64,000 nt of DNA from Macrostomum hystrix (GCA_950097015.1 CATNEN010000030.1:4154001-4218000); one strand, 5' to 3'; positions 1 through 16,039 are shown, numbered from the stretch's first letter. Numbers and translations: made by a program. Notes: generated by a model not told the origin, from the sequence alone.

Positions 1-419
1 TCTAATTATAACTAACTAATTTGGTCTCCCTTCTCCTCAACTTGATTTACTTGTATCACCCTACTTTTCTCTCTCTCTTTCTTTCCTTCTTGTGTTTTTG
101 CACTTTTGTGTCGTATGTTTAACCCACATTACAGACGCACGAGATTGTGTGGCGCCAGACCCCACCCCACCTACACCAGACAGTCTTTTAGATGGTCTCT
201 ATGACGATCACGTGTCGTGCATTTTCATATACTTTTCGCTCAGTGGCCTGGACTAGCTAAATGTCTTTTTAGTTAGCGTTCTACTTATGCAGTACAGCAT
301 TGCTTTGGTAAACACTGGCCGGGTAAGGAACGACTGGCTTGAAATACAGTCCGGTTTGACTGACAGGTGGACTCAGTTATGAGTTAGATTGTCTTACTGA
401 CTCTAAGCTCTACGGGATT

Positions 420-886
420 GTCTCTGTTCCCAATTGTTGCCCAGTTCCTCCAGCTATCTTCTCTGTTCCCAATTGTTGCCCAGTTCCTCCAGCTATCTTC
501 TTTGTTCCTTAGTTCAACTGTTTCCCAGTTCCTCCAGCTATCTTCTCTGTTCCTTAGTTCAACTGTTGCCCAGTTCCTCCAGCTATCTTCTCTGTTCCTT
601 AGTTCAACTGTTGCCCAGTTCCTCCAGCTATCTTCTCTGTTCCCAATTGTTGCCCAGTTCCTCCAGCTATCTTCTCTGTTCCCAATTGTTGCCCAGTTCC
701 TCCAGCTATCTTCTTTGTTTCTTAGTTCAACTGTTTCCCAGTTCCTCCAGCTATCTTCTCTGTTCCTTAGTTCAACTGTTGCCCAGTTCCTCCAGCTATC
801 TTCTCTGTTCCTTCGTTCAACTATTGCCCAGTTCCTCCAGCTATCTTCTCTGTTCCTTAGTTCAACTGTTGCCCAGTTCCTCCAAC
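420..886. repeat. Intronic minisatellite, 39/45-bp units
   Basis: Tandem GCCCAGTTCCTCCAGCTATCTTCTCTGTTCC plus a variable linker; ends about 25 nt before the acceptor at 910-911. Confidence 0.95.
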
Positions 887-911
887 CATCCGTCTGTCAT
901 GTCCATTGCAG

Positions 912-2835
912 GCAAACCGGTGGGCACGCCGGACGCGGGCCAGTACTATCGGGTCATCAAGCAGCACGGGGTGCGCGCCATGTTCACGGCGCCAACAGCG
1001 CTGCGCGCTATTCATCGCGCCGATTCGCACGATGCCTCAAGCGCGCCCTACCGACCGTTGGACAGCCTGCGCCACGTGTTCGTGGCCGGCGAGCATTGCG
1101 ACGTTGAGACTCTTGCTTGGGCCAGACGGCTATTCCGAGTGCCAGTCTATGACCACTGGTGGCAGACGGAGACTGGCTGGCCAATCACATCCGTCTGTGT
1201 GGGCCTTGGCGACGACAACATGCCGCCCGCTGGCTCCGCTGGCAAACCTGTGCCCGGCTTCCATGTTCAGGCGAGTTCCATTGGTTGTTTGTGTCAACTG
1301 GGAACTCTTAACTAATCCAAACAATACTGCTAAGATTGGGATTCGAGATCGCCAATGTGGAACTTCGGTTTCTCATTCGGGATTGGAATTCAGGGATCGA
1401 AGATTCGGGTCAGATCCGGATATCATTGATTCGGGTTCGAATATCATAGATTTGGATTCGGAGATCAGAGATTCGGATTCGGAGATGAGCGATTTGGATT
1501 CGGGATTGAGATTCGGATATCATAGATTCAGATTCGGAATTGAGATTCGGAGATCAGAGATTCGGATTCGGGATTGAGATTCGGATATCATAGATTCGGA
1601 TTCGGGATTGAGATTCGGATATCATAGATTCGGATTCGGGATTGAGATTCGGATATCATAGATTCGGATTCAGAAGCATAGATTCGGATTCGGAAGCATA
1701 GATTCTATTCTGATTAGGAGATCATAGATTCGGATTAGTAGATCATAGATGCTTATTATGAGATCATATATTCGGATTAGGAGATCATAGATTCGGATTA
1801 GTAGATCATAGATTCGGACTAGGAGATCATAGATTCGAATTAGGAGATCATAGATTCGGATTTTTTATATTTTGGTGTCTGTGGCGGCCGCCAGTCCATG
1901 GACTGTGTAGCTCTGTACACAGTTTTTGATGGGCCGCGCAATATCTTCGGCTGTGGTACGAGTGAATAAATGTGCCATGTTTGAGTTAGGTGTGATTTCT
2001 ATATTTATAGAAGGCATTGAAACCGCAAACACACCGCAGATCCTACGCGAGTCCGAAGAAGACGAGCTGGGTCGCATTGTAATCAAGCTGCCACTGCCGC
2101 CTGGCACCGCCTCCTCGCTGTGGGAGAATGACGACAGATTCGTAAGCACCTACTATGAGAAATTTCCCGGCTACTACGACACGGCCGATGCTGGCTACAC
2201 GGATCATCACGGCCACCTGTTTGTGGTGTCCCGCGTTGATGACGTCATCAACGTTGCCGGGCACCGGCTGAGCACATCGGCCATGGAGGAGGCCTGCCTT
2301 GAGAATGCGGACCTGGCCGAGTGCGCCGTTGTGCCCTATCCGGATAAACTAAAGGGCCACGTGCCTCTGGGATTTCTAGTGCCCTACGACGATGTTAAGA
2401 AGGACAATGCCACTATTGTGGCCGAGACAGTGAAACAGGTGCGAGACCATATTGGACCTGTGGCTGCGTTCCGCATGGCCGTTGTGGTTCACCGGCTGCC
2501 CAAGACGCGAAGCGGCAAGGTGGCCCGAGGAACTCTGGCCTCCATGGCAGCCGGCCAGCCGTTCAAGGTGAGTAGGCTTTGTTTGCTTGACGGTTCAATT
2601 CATTTCAGCTACCAGGGAGAGAAAATCTGACCACCTTGCCATGGTAAATAGCGGGAGTAAATATGACTGTTTTATCAGTAGCTAGTTCTTCGTCATCTTA
2701 TAAGTTCTCTCAGCCTAAACGGAAAAAAATAACTTACTGCAGATACCGGTAACCATCGAGGACGACACGGTGTACGGCCCTATCAAGCAGGAGCTGTTGG
2801 GCCTGGGTCTGAATCCGTCCGACCCGCTACCGTGA
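912..2835 (+). CDS. ACSS3: Acyl-CoA synthetase short-chain family member 3-like (propionyl-CoA synthetase), last three exons; 5' exons not identified in the window
   Basis: Exons 912-1270, 2040-2567, 2743-2835 (TGA) join in phase. Motifs GKPVGTPDAG, DHWWQTETGW, FPGYYDTADAG, SRVDDVINVAGHRLS, LPKTRSGK closely match ACSS3/PrpE. The donor at 1271 is GC. Confidence 0.9.
1335..1860. repeat. Intronic GATTCG-rich degenerate tandem repeat
   Basis: Repeated GATTCGGATTCGGGATTGAGATTCGGATATCATA, grading into GATTCGGATTAGGAGATCATA, inside the ACSS3 intron. Confidence 0.9.
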
Positions 2836-4674
2836 GTTTTGCTGCTCGAATTGGAGCTTTCTAAAAGCGTGTAATGCAACATTTCATTTTTGCATGTTAA
2901 TACTTTTCGACAGACTTCGGTCCTTTTGAAAAAAGTCATCGTTTTGTAGAATAAGTCGTTTATGAATATGTTTTCGAACAGAACTGACTTGTTCTATTGC
3001 CAAGGACTTATTTGGTGAAAATTTATTACTGTTAATCATCGCAGAAGTCCCTGTTACTTTCTAACTATTTTTCAATTTTTCTATTTTTACACCTTAATTT
3101 GTTAACAGTTCTATGACTCATATTTGAACACTTGCCGCATCCGTTTTCGCTTTGTATTTAGTTCCAGCTGAATAAGGACATGTTGTAGTATCTGCAATGG
3201 TAAGCGCTACAACGGATATGAAACGTTTCTTTGGTAATGGTTTCTCAATAATTCAATTATTTATGTACAGATTGCTGCAGCTTAATTTATTCATTATTGC
3301 TACTAATATAAATAAATTATTTATTGATCTCAACATTTGCTAAGATTACGTAAGACTTAATCTAAAATGACTTTCAAAATATGATTGGTCAGGCAGGTTC
3401 CAATAGTTGCTATTTTTAGAACGCCTAGTGGGGAAACCATTTGCCACCCCTCAACCCGCGTGACTCACCCTCTTCATTGCGCACATGGGTGTACGTATGC
3501 TTTGTATGTACACGTGGGCTGCACGACTTCTTCTTTAAACCACTGGAAAGTTGAAAACAAAAAATTGAATTCCCTATTTTCTATTGAATGTATATTGTTA
3601 TACATAGCTATGTATATTGCTATTGTAATTAAGCTAAAGATCAGTTATATTTAACGCAGTAATTAATTACAATAATTAAGAGCGATTTTTATATGATTTA
3701 TAATCATTATTCGGTGCCAGCTTTTTAGTTATATTTACATCGCTTAATAAAGGTTGCAAGCGTATTTATTTTAATTACTAATCGAAAATTTTATTGCTGT
3801 GTTAAACATTTTCTGGTGCTTTGAATAATTTCTCTAGCTTTTGTCTGTGTCATTTTATAGATTTTGAATTGACGTTTTAAAAACTTTTCGTTTTATTGAA
3901 TTAGATTTAAGAGCAGGCTCATATTATATGAATATTTTCTATGAAGGAATCTATAGGATAGTTCGCACGTAACATCCTACTATTAGTAGTATAGTGCTGA
4001 TTTCTACAAATGGTTTTTACTTAGTTATATCCAGATATTATTTCTAATTGTTAATGTGTAATTTGGTGAGTGGCCTTTTGCCTGCGAAATTTTCTGAAAG
4101 CAATCTTTGCCTGGCCTTGAGTCCATCGACTGGATATTTTATGTTTTTTTCATAATTTTCGTGCTGATTTAGGATCTCTCATTTTCTATATCCCTTAATT
4201 TTTTCTACATTTTTCCAAAACCCCTTAAGAAGATAGTTCATTATTGTTGTTACAATTTTTATTACTTATATTTTCTCAGACACTGCTACTTAACGATAGG
4301 TTGCCAATACTATTCAAAAGCAAGCAGTAATTTTTACCTGTGCTTTATACGTCGCACTTTTATCTGTAAATAAAGCTTGTAAGGTTGTGCCAGTCAGGCC
4401 CTGAAATAATTGTAGAATTTTCGCCAACAAAACTATACCAATGAATGGCTTTCATGACACTAAAACTTATTTTCCCCTTTTGTGTAGCTTTATTTGTGAT
4501 TTAGTACAGTTTCGTACGGGGTGTTTCATAAATCTTTGTACATAAAACTTTGGATGTATTGTAACGCCAGTTGTTTACAGAATGTGTCCAAAATACCAGT
4601 ACTTGTACACTTTACCCTAGGCTTTGTACACAATGTATGGACGTACTTCATGTGTGTACAATGAAGTATCTATG

Positions 4675-5178
4675 TATCCTCAGCTGCTCACACACACACA
4701 CACACACACACACACATTAACTTCCTTGCATCCTCAGCTGCTCACACACACACACACACACACACATTAACTTCCTTGCATCTTCAGCTGCTCACACACA
4801 CACACACACACATTAACTTCCTTGCATCTTCAGCTGCTCACACACACACACACACACACATTAACTTCCTTGCATCCTCAGCTGCTCACACACACACACA
4901 CACACACACACATTAACTTCCTTGCATCTGCAGCTGCTCACACACACACACACATTAACTTCCTTGCATCCTCAGCTGCTCACACACACACACACACATT
5001 AACTTCCTTGCATCTTCAGCTGCTCACACACACACACACACATTAACTTCCTTGCATCCTCAGCTGCTCACACACACACACACACACACATTAACTTCCT
5101 TGCATCTTCAGCTGCTCACACACACACACACACACACACATTAACTTCCTTGCATCTTCAGCTGCTCACACACACACA
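4675..5178. repeat. Composite minisatellite with a variable (CA)n tract
   Basis: Units CAGCTGCTCA(CA)nTTAACTTCCTTGCATC(C/T)T. Confidence 0.95.
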
Positions 5179-5749
5179 CCAACTTCTCTGTAAAAGCAAA
5201 CAGAGACTTGCCAAATTGATCTTAACTGTTCGTGTACAACAGAAAATTCAATTATTCATTGATCTACCACAATGGAACAATGGCTTCATGCCTGTTACAA
5301 TTGAAAGCATTCCAATCACGGCTGGTTCCGTTGTCACGCAATCACTGCAGGAGGCAAACAGGTGTGTGTGAGTGTGTATCTAAGAAAGGTGTCTGCAAGA
5401 GAGGCATTAACTGATTGTGGAGCAATGTGGCTAGAATTGCGTGTGCTCATTGCAACTCATTGAAGCGCCTGTAATTAACCAGCTTCAATTAAAGTTAAAC
5501 TCAGATTCATTTAGTTCGCTATTGGACACTATTATCTACGAATAACTTCATCAGATATGCCGCTTTATCATATTGTGGCCAGCTGTGCTTCAATCTCATT
5601 TAACATTCCTTATAAGATTTCTGCCTTCATTATTGGCATATGCTACGTAATTTGATGCTTCCGAAGTAAACTATTTTACTGCTTGACTTATCAATGATGT
5701 TACTTCATCAATTTATTAATCAACACTTTCCAGCAGTTCAATATTTAAG

Positions 5750-6205
5750 CAGTGTGAGCAGCTGAACACACGGAGGAGATGGTGGGTTTGTGAGCAGCTT
5801 AACACACGGTTGAGATGGTGGGTGTGTGAGCAGTTGAACACACGGTTGAGATGGTGGGTGTGTGAGCAGCTGAACACACGGAGGAGATGGTGGGTGTATG
5901 AGCAGCTGAACACACGGAGGAGATGGTGGGTGTGTGAGCAGCTGAACACACGGTTGAGATGGTGGGTGTGTGAGCAGCTGAACACACGGTTGAGATGGTG
6001 GGTGTGTGAGCAGCTGAACACACGGAGGAGATGGTGGGTGTGTGAGCAGCTGAACACACGGAGGAGATGGTGGGTGTGTGAGCAGCTGAACACACGGAGG
6101 AGATGGTGGGTGTGTGAGCAGCTGAACACACGGAGGAGATGGTGGGTGTGTGAGCAGCTGAACACACGGAGGAGATGGTGGGTGTGTGAGCAGCTGAACA
6201 CACGC
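5750..6205. repeat. 36-bp minisatellite upstream of HMX
   Basis: About 12 copies of TGTGTGAGCAGCTGAACACACGGAGGAGATGGTGGG. Confidence 0.95.
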
Positions 6206-6389
6206 TTAGACCGAAACCTTATTTGTCATAGTTTTTTAATAAGAAAAAAGTCACTAGGTATTGTACCAGCATTCAACCTCATTAGACCAAGTGTTAGATT
6301 TTTTTCTTGATGGCTCATAATTGAACTTCGAGTGATAGTTGTGTAATGTTTCACATGGCATTATTAATTAAGCCTGCTCCTAGCCCACC

Positions 6390-6440
6390 CAACCAATGGG
6401 AGTCGCTATACCGATCCCACCCATGAGTAAGTATAAGTAG
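6390..6440 (+). promoter_or_regulatory. Candidate HMX core promoter (CCAAT box and TATA-like element)
   Basis: AACCAATGG at about 6391 and TATAAG at 6432, 60-100 nt upstream of the ATG at 6492. Motif match only. Confidence 0.35.
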
Positions 6441-6491
6441 CGAATTCAAATATAGGAAAGAAAGGCCAGAAAAGTCATCAAAAAAAACACC

Positions 6492-9318
<2,827 letters not shown>

Positions 9319-9599
9319 GCCGGCCTGGCCTGCTCAAACTGTGCTCAGACTGTTATTTCCTACCTGAGCGTGCGTTTGTTAACTGCACATTTAAAGTATT
9401 TGAGATCAGTGCATGCACAATAAATTCATTCTGCCCTGTACATATGCCGCAGTCACATTCTTAGCATTATTATTAAGTTTCGGTTAGCAAAGAATGGCAT
9501 ATCTGGATTATTGGCCACTTAGGATTGTCTATAAACTAGGATTATCAATTCTAAACCTACTGATGATTTAGGATTATCCTAACTGTTACTCTTAATAAA

Positions 9600-10048
9600 C
9601 TCGGATTATCAACTAACTTGGATTATTAGTTAACTGGGGTTATCAGCTAACTGGGATTATTAGTTAACTGGGATTATTAGTTAACTGGGATTATTAGTTA
9701 ACTGGGATTATTAGTTAACTGGGATTATTAGTTAACTGGGATTATTAGTTACCTGTGATAATCGTCTAACTGGGGTTATCAGCTAACTGGGAATATCAGC
9801 TAACAGGGATTATCAGCTAACTGGGAATATCAGCTAACTGGGATTATCAGCTAACAGGGATTATCAGCTAACTGGGATTATCAGCTAACTGGGAATATCA
9901 GCTAACTGGGATTATCAGCTAACTGGGAATATCAGCTAACTGGGAATATCAGCTAACTGGGATTATCAGCTAACTGGGAATATCAGCTAACTGGGATTAT
10001 CAGCTAACTGGGGTTATCGGCTAACTGGGATTATCGGTAAACTGGGAT
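9600..10048. repeat. 17-bp minisatellite
   Basis: TAGTTAACTGGGATTAT grading into CAGCTAACTGGGATTAT. Confidence 0.93.
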
Positions 10049-10940
10049 TGGGTTCATTGGTATTGTCGATCAATCTGCATTATTGTGGAACGAATTTTTA
10101 CAATTAGAGATGATCGGCAAATCGGGATTTCCTGAACTTTCATTAAATGATAATTAAAACTTTCTTTCCCTTCTTTCAAATTAAAATCAAAGCAGTGGCA
10201 TTAGTTTTAGTCGCAGTTTATTCGCAGCAAACCGGATGTTGGCTACCTTTAGTTGATCTCCTCTTAGCTCGTGTGTCTCAGGTTTCGATCGCGAAATGTG
10301 AGTGAAAGTGAGCCAGAGTGAGTTAATTGTCTCACCTGCAAAACTGCACTAACAAAGCCGAGAAGGAGTTGAGCGAGATTTTTTGTTTTATTTCAAGTGC
10401 CACGCAGGTAGAAAAAAAAGCCATTAGGATTTTGGCAGCCGCAAGCACAGATTTACAAGTATAAATCCAAGTATAAATTGGTGGCGATCTGCACCTAGCA
10501 AAGTGTGAGCAATGCCACATGGCATCTCGCATTTCCTCATTGACTTTCTCAACCTTCATCGTTTTGCCAATTCTCGGCCCGATTTGCGTCCTCACCTCTG
10601 CCTGCAGGTGCTAATTGCTCGGCCAGCCTGACTGGCTTTCAGCTGGGACAAGCAATTATTGCTCTGCCTCAAGTTGCTTGGGGGTTCGGGAATTGATTGA
10701 CAAAAGGATCGAGAATAGAAAGGGTGTTGGGAAATTTATTGGGAAATTGCTTTGTTGTTTTGTACATCATATCTAACAGCAGTTATAACTTAGCACAGAT
10801 TAATATTTATCCTGTTGCTTGTAGCCCAATGGTTAGCACTACCGATTCTTTACCGGGAGGTCTGGAGTTCGCATCTCATCCTAGACGGGTCTTTAATTTC
10901 TGATTACTACATTTCAATTAGCCGTAAAATGAATATCAAT

Positions 10941-11070
10941 GGGGCTGTGTCAGAGCGGTTAACGCGTTTGCCTCTAGCCTCAAGTTTCTTTAGTTCGATT
11001 CCGCGGCGAGGCCACATTGAAAGTGTAAGGTATCTGTGTGCGTGTGTGGCTCACACAGCCTCCTGCAAAT
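10941..11070 (+). mobile_element. SINE family B, internally deleted copy
   Basis: Head GGGGCTGTGTCAGAGCGGTTAACGCGTTTG...TTCGATTCCGCGGCGAGGCCAC joined directly to the family tail CAGCCTCCTGCAAATAAT. Confidence 0.7.
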
Positions 11071-11430
11071 AATATCAATAATTGCAGGAGGGCTACAGGC
11101 AGTGGCACATCATTTGGTGACACTAGACCCGCAGCCAGCGAGGAGGCAATTCTGCCCATTCCGCTAACTATTGAGCCCACACTCACACATACCTTAAGCA
11201 GGCACACGCTCACACAGGTGTGTACATCTGTCCTGACTTTCTCATCGTCAGGCAGTGTACACTCTCACTGTGCCTTGGAGGTTGGCCCTCAATGGCGTAA
11301 ATTGCACGACAAGCCCCCCCAAGCCTTCTCTCCGCGTCTGCGCCCCAAATGAATGTGGCCTCGCCGCGGAATCGAGCTCAGGGACCTTGGTGCGAGAGGC
11401 AAACGCGTTAAACCGCTCTACCACACCCCC
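11071..11430 (-). mobile_element. SINE family B, full-length copy
   Basis: Reverse complement of the 24841 and 37780 copies along the whole length. Confidence 0.85.
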
Positions 11431-12614
11431 TACAAGTTATATTATATTATTTTGAAATTGGATCCCTTGCAGCATCAGCTGCTGGGTAATAACTTCGCCC
11501 AAGTCCATGGACTGAACAGTCTGTACACCGCACGACAGCTGCGTCTGCGACAACTTGGCTTGAAGCCAGCAAAGGCTCTGATTTATCATTTAAATGCCTC
11601 AGAAATCCCAGTTAAGTATATGAGTTGTGAGTCGGGATTAAAAATGTCATTTTAGCCAGCTCAAAGCCCGTGCCTATACTGGATTATTCCAGGATCAGCA
11701 GGAAGGCTCAAGCTCAAAGGATGCGTAAAGTGGAATCAGCAGCGCAGTCACTCGCAGATCGCTGATCAATAAATACAATTCAGTGGGGTTAAATTGACTC
11801 AGGGAAACTTTGAGAGGATGGGATTTAAAAAAATTGCTGATATCTTCCATTTGCGCCACTGACAATTGAGATGATCCCACTCGGTCGAATCCCCTCTCTC
11901 ACTCATTTATCCCCACAACCGCGCGCAGTCATCATGATCATTTATTATTCTCCGATACATCTCCAGCCTCCCTCACTGAGTGTCCCAACCCAAATCCGCT
12001 TAGATCCACAACTGCAAATGCAGAATTTATTTGCGCGTCTATTTCTCCCACTGCCCGGCGCCGGAAAATCCCCTCTTGGGGGTTGCGCGGGCCGGTGAAG
12101 GGGTGGGGCCCGAGGCTTGATCCGAATTCTTTTAAAGCGCTCCTTTTCAAGCAGTCTTCCTCCGCCCCTGGCCGGATAATCGAACGGGTCTATCCCACTT
12201 TAAATTGCATTTTATTTCCCGTTCAAAAGGTTCTCCCATGGGGACCCGGGCGCAAGGAACTCAAAAGGGGGGTTTGGCAAAGAATTAGCAATTATCATTT
12301 ATCCCTTCCTTCCTTCCTTCACTCACTGCTGGCGTCGAGAAAGCATTCGCCGGGTTTTCAATAATGCACGCCGGATTCAATAATGCCCCCGAGCGATTCT
12401 CACTCGAACGATCTGGACCATCGCGCCTCCATTGCCAGCAGCTCCCGTGTCCTCAGAGTGGCGGACTTGAAAGCATGGAATATAATTGCTAGCCACTTAT
12501 TGCCACTGTGTTTGCTCCGGCGGATGTCCGAAACCAGTGTTGTCCCTATTGTTCCCTCACCTGAGCGAAACAAACGCCGTGGACCGAAAACCAATATTAT
12601 ACACTCCCAAGGAC

Positions 12615-13535
12615 GCTGACCCAACTTGAGAATCTTCCGAGGAAGCTGACCCAACTTGAGAATCTCCCGAGCACGCTGACCCAACTTGAGAAACTCCCGA
12701 GGAAGCTGGCCCAACTTGAGAATCTCCCGAGCACGCTGACCCAACTTGAGAGTCTTCCGAGGAAGCTGACCCAACTTGAGAATCTCCCGAGCACGCTGAC
12801 CCAACTTGAGAATCTTCCGAGGAAGCTGACCCAACTTGAGAATCTTCCGAGCACGCTGACCCAACTTGAGAAACTCCCGAGGAAGCTGGCCCAACTTGAG
12901 AATCTCCCGAGCACGCTGACCCAACTTGAGAATCTTCCGAGCACGCTGACCCAACTTGAGAATCTTCCGAGGAAGCTGGCCCAACTTGAGAATCTCCCGA
13001 GCACGCTGACCCAACTTGAGAATCTTCCGAGCACGCTGACCCAACTTGAGAAACTCCCGAGGAAGCTGGCCCAACTTGAGAATCTCCCGAGGAAGCTGAC
13101 CCAACTTGAGAATCTCCCGAGCACGCTGACCCAACTTGAGAATCTTCCGAGGAAGCTGACCCAACTTGAGAATCTTCCGAGCACGCTGACCCAACTTGAG
13201 AAACTCCCGAGGAAGCTGGCCCAACTTGAGAATCTCCCGAGCACGCTGACCCAACTTGAGAAACTCCCGAGGAAGCTGGCCCAACTTGAGAATCTCCCGA
13301 GCACGCTGACCCAACTTGAGAATCTCCCGAGGAAGCTGACCCAACTTGAGAATCTCCCGAGCACGCTGACCCAACTTGAGAAACTCCCGAGGAAGCTGAC
13401 CCAACTTGAGAATCTCCCGAGGAAGCTGACCCAACTTGAGAATCTTCCGAGGAAGCTGACCCAACTTCAGAATCTCCCGAGGAAGCTGACCCAACTTGAG
13501 AATCTTCCGAGGAAGCTGACCCAACCTCAGTAGCT
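12615..13535. repeat. 30-bp minisatellite
   Basis: About 30 copies of GACCCAACTTGAGAATCTTCCGAGGAAGCT and variants. Confidence 0.95.
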
Positions 13536-14144
13536 CCCGAGGCAGCAGAACAAACTCAGGAACTCCAAATAGACTTTCAGTAGCTTTCGAAAACTCTTTT
13601 TTATTGTTACTTATTTTTTTCATTGGCCTACTTCTAGTAGTTAAGAAAAATAACTCAGCAGACGTAAAAAGTTGAACGAAAAAATAGATAGTTTGACCTG
13701 CTGGTTTGATTAACCTACCGTGTATTGAACTGGCTTTGGGCGCATTTCATTTCACCCTGAAATTATTTTCTCGCTCATAATCAAATGTCTTATCGCACCG
13801 CATAAATCTTGTAAATTGCTTGCTTGCGTTTCAGTGACTGTACAATTCGGAGATTTTATTCTAAAGAGGGCAATTTGAGGCCTTGCCTGCGTGGCAGCTT
13901 ATTTTTATGAAATATTTATATATGAATAGATACATCTGATAAATGAATATCGCTGCTACTGTCAATCACCGAGCAAGAACCTGCCTGCTGCATTCTGTTA
14001 CTCCAGGGTTGCACCATTGGTAAGAGTTCTTACCGACACAGAGTTTATAGCCATTTTTATATCCTAATATTTACGAGAGTATATTCATTTTTCGTATATT
14101 AAAATTTTTTTACTTTTTTAAAGCTTTCCGCTGCTTGTAATCAT

Positions 14145-15100
14145 GGGATGATTTCGTTGGGATGATGTGTCATTGGGATAATGTGTCGTCGTTGGGATGG
14201 TGTGTCGTTGGGATGGTGTGTCGTTGGGATGGTGTGTCGTTTGGATGGTGTGTCGTTTGGATGGTGTGTCGTTGGGATGTTGTGTCGTTTGGATGGTGTG
14301 TCGTTTGGATGGTGTGTCGTTTGGATGGTGTGTCGTTGGGATGTTGTGTCGTTGGGATAATGTGTCGTCGTTGGGATGGTGTGTCGTTTGGATGGTGTGT
14401 CGTTTGGATGGTGTGTCGTTTGGATGTTGTGTCGTTGGGATGTTGTGTCGTTGGGATGGTGTGTCGTTTGGATGTTGTGTCGTTTGGATGGTGTGTCGTT
14501 GGGATGTTGTGTCGTTGGGATAATGTGTCGTCGTTGGGATGGTGTGTCGTTTGGATGGTGTGTCGTTTGGATGGTGTGTCGTTTGGATGTTGTGTCGTTG
14601 GGATGTTGTGTCGTTGGGATGGTGTGTCGTTTGGATGTTGTGTCGTTTGGATGGTGTGTCATTGGGATAATGTGTCGTCGTTGGGATGGTGTGTCGTTTG
14701 GATGGTGTGTCGTTTGGATGGTGTGTCGTTTGGATGGTGTGTCGTTTGGATGGTGTGTCGTTTGGATGGTGTGTCGTTTGGATGGTGTGTCGTTGGGATG
14801 TTGTGTCGTTGGGATAATGTGTCGTCGTTGGGATGGTGTGTCGTTTGGATGGTGTGTCGTTTGGATGGTGTGTCGTTTGGATGGTGTGTCGTTTGGATGG
14901 TGTGTCGTTTGGATGGTGTGTCGTTGGGATGTTGTGTCGTTTGGATGGTGTGTCATTGGGATAATGTGTCGTCGTTAGGATGGTGTGTCGTTGGGATGGT
15001 GTGTCGTTTGGATGGTGTGTCGTTTGGATGGTGTGTCGTTGGGATGTTGTGTCGTTGGGATGTTGTGTCGTTGGGATGGTGTGTCGTTTGGATGGTGTAT
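14145..15100. repeat. GT-rich 16-17-bp minisatellite
   Basis: GGATGGTGTGTCGTTT / GGATGTTGTGTCGTTG with periodic GGATAATGTGTCGTCGTTG variants. Confidence 0.95.
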
Positions 15101-15118
15101 CACATCGTGAATCTAGTT

Positions 15119-15400
15119 CAGCCAATCCACTCTTTGGATTGGCTGAGCCAATCCAGTCTCTGCGAGGGGGCTGGCAACTGATCCAGCCAATCCGCTCTCG
15201 GAAAGGTGCCAGAAGAATCTAGTCTAGCCAATCCAGTCTCTGAGAGGGGGCAGACAAAACTGATCCAGCCAATCCGCTCTCGGGAAGGTGCCAGAAGAAT
15301 CTAGTCTAGCCAATCCAGTCTCTGAGAGGGGGCAGACAAAACTGATCCAGCCAATCCGCTCTCGGGAAAGTTACAGGAGAAAATCTGGTCCAATCAATCC
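15119..15400 (+). promoter_or_regulatory. Tandemly duplicated CCAAT-box cluster (about 82-bp unit)
   Basis: Seven AGCCAATCC motifs at roughly 30-40-nt spacing, upstream of the decarboxylase gene. Confidence 0.4.
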
Positions 15401-16039
15401 GCTTTTACAAGAAATTCTTTAGCAAATCGAGATGTTCAACAAGCAATTAAATTGGACTCGACTAATCAGGTATAATCAGAGCGACCTTACCCACTCAATC
15501 ATTATTAGCAAAAAGTGGTGTGCCTGCGGGTGCGCGCATAGATTCATTTACACCCATTCTAGGTCTGGCACAATGGAGTGGGGACTGTAGAGACAGAAAG
15601 CAGACTGTATGGGCCTGGCGACTTATCTCGAACAACGGAGAAATGAGCTTAGCTATAAAAAATATACTTTAATATTAATTTGAAGTTCTTTTTATTCAAC
15701 ATCTGACAGTTTTACATCGCTCGTATTCTCATATTTTTCTATTTATAAGCCTATTTCTATTGGTCTTATAGACTTATTTCAAACAATGAGAATGAGCTTA
15801 GTTAGGCTCGTATAGAAATGATGCATGTCAGCTAAAGTTATATCTGCTCCCTGGCAGTTTAATTTATCATCGGCTATTTTCAATATTCAAAAGCAGAGAA
15901 CAGTTTGGACAAAGTAGAAAATTGAATCGCAACTTAGACAAGTAGACAAACGGAAGCACTAATTTAAAGCAAACTTGATAACAGACTGAAATCTACATTG
16001 CTTTTCAGGAATTTTCAACAGTCATATCGGAGGACCTTT

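Noticed and set aside
12400-13623. 407-aa minus-strand ORF with LKLGQLPRKI repeats resembling an LRR protein
   Set aside because: It is the translation of a 30-bp DNA minisatellite, and a second frame is also open. The period does not fit LRR units and the flanks show no recognisable domain.
14118-15222. Thr/His/Pro-rich and Cys/Val/Trp-rich ORFs
   Set aside because: Translations of a GT-rich 16-17-bp array; the same applies to the ORFs over the arrays at 418-886, 5750-6205, 52365-54156, 58722-59240 and 61672-62545.
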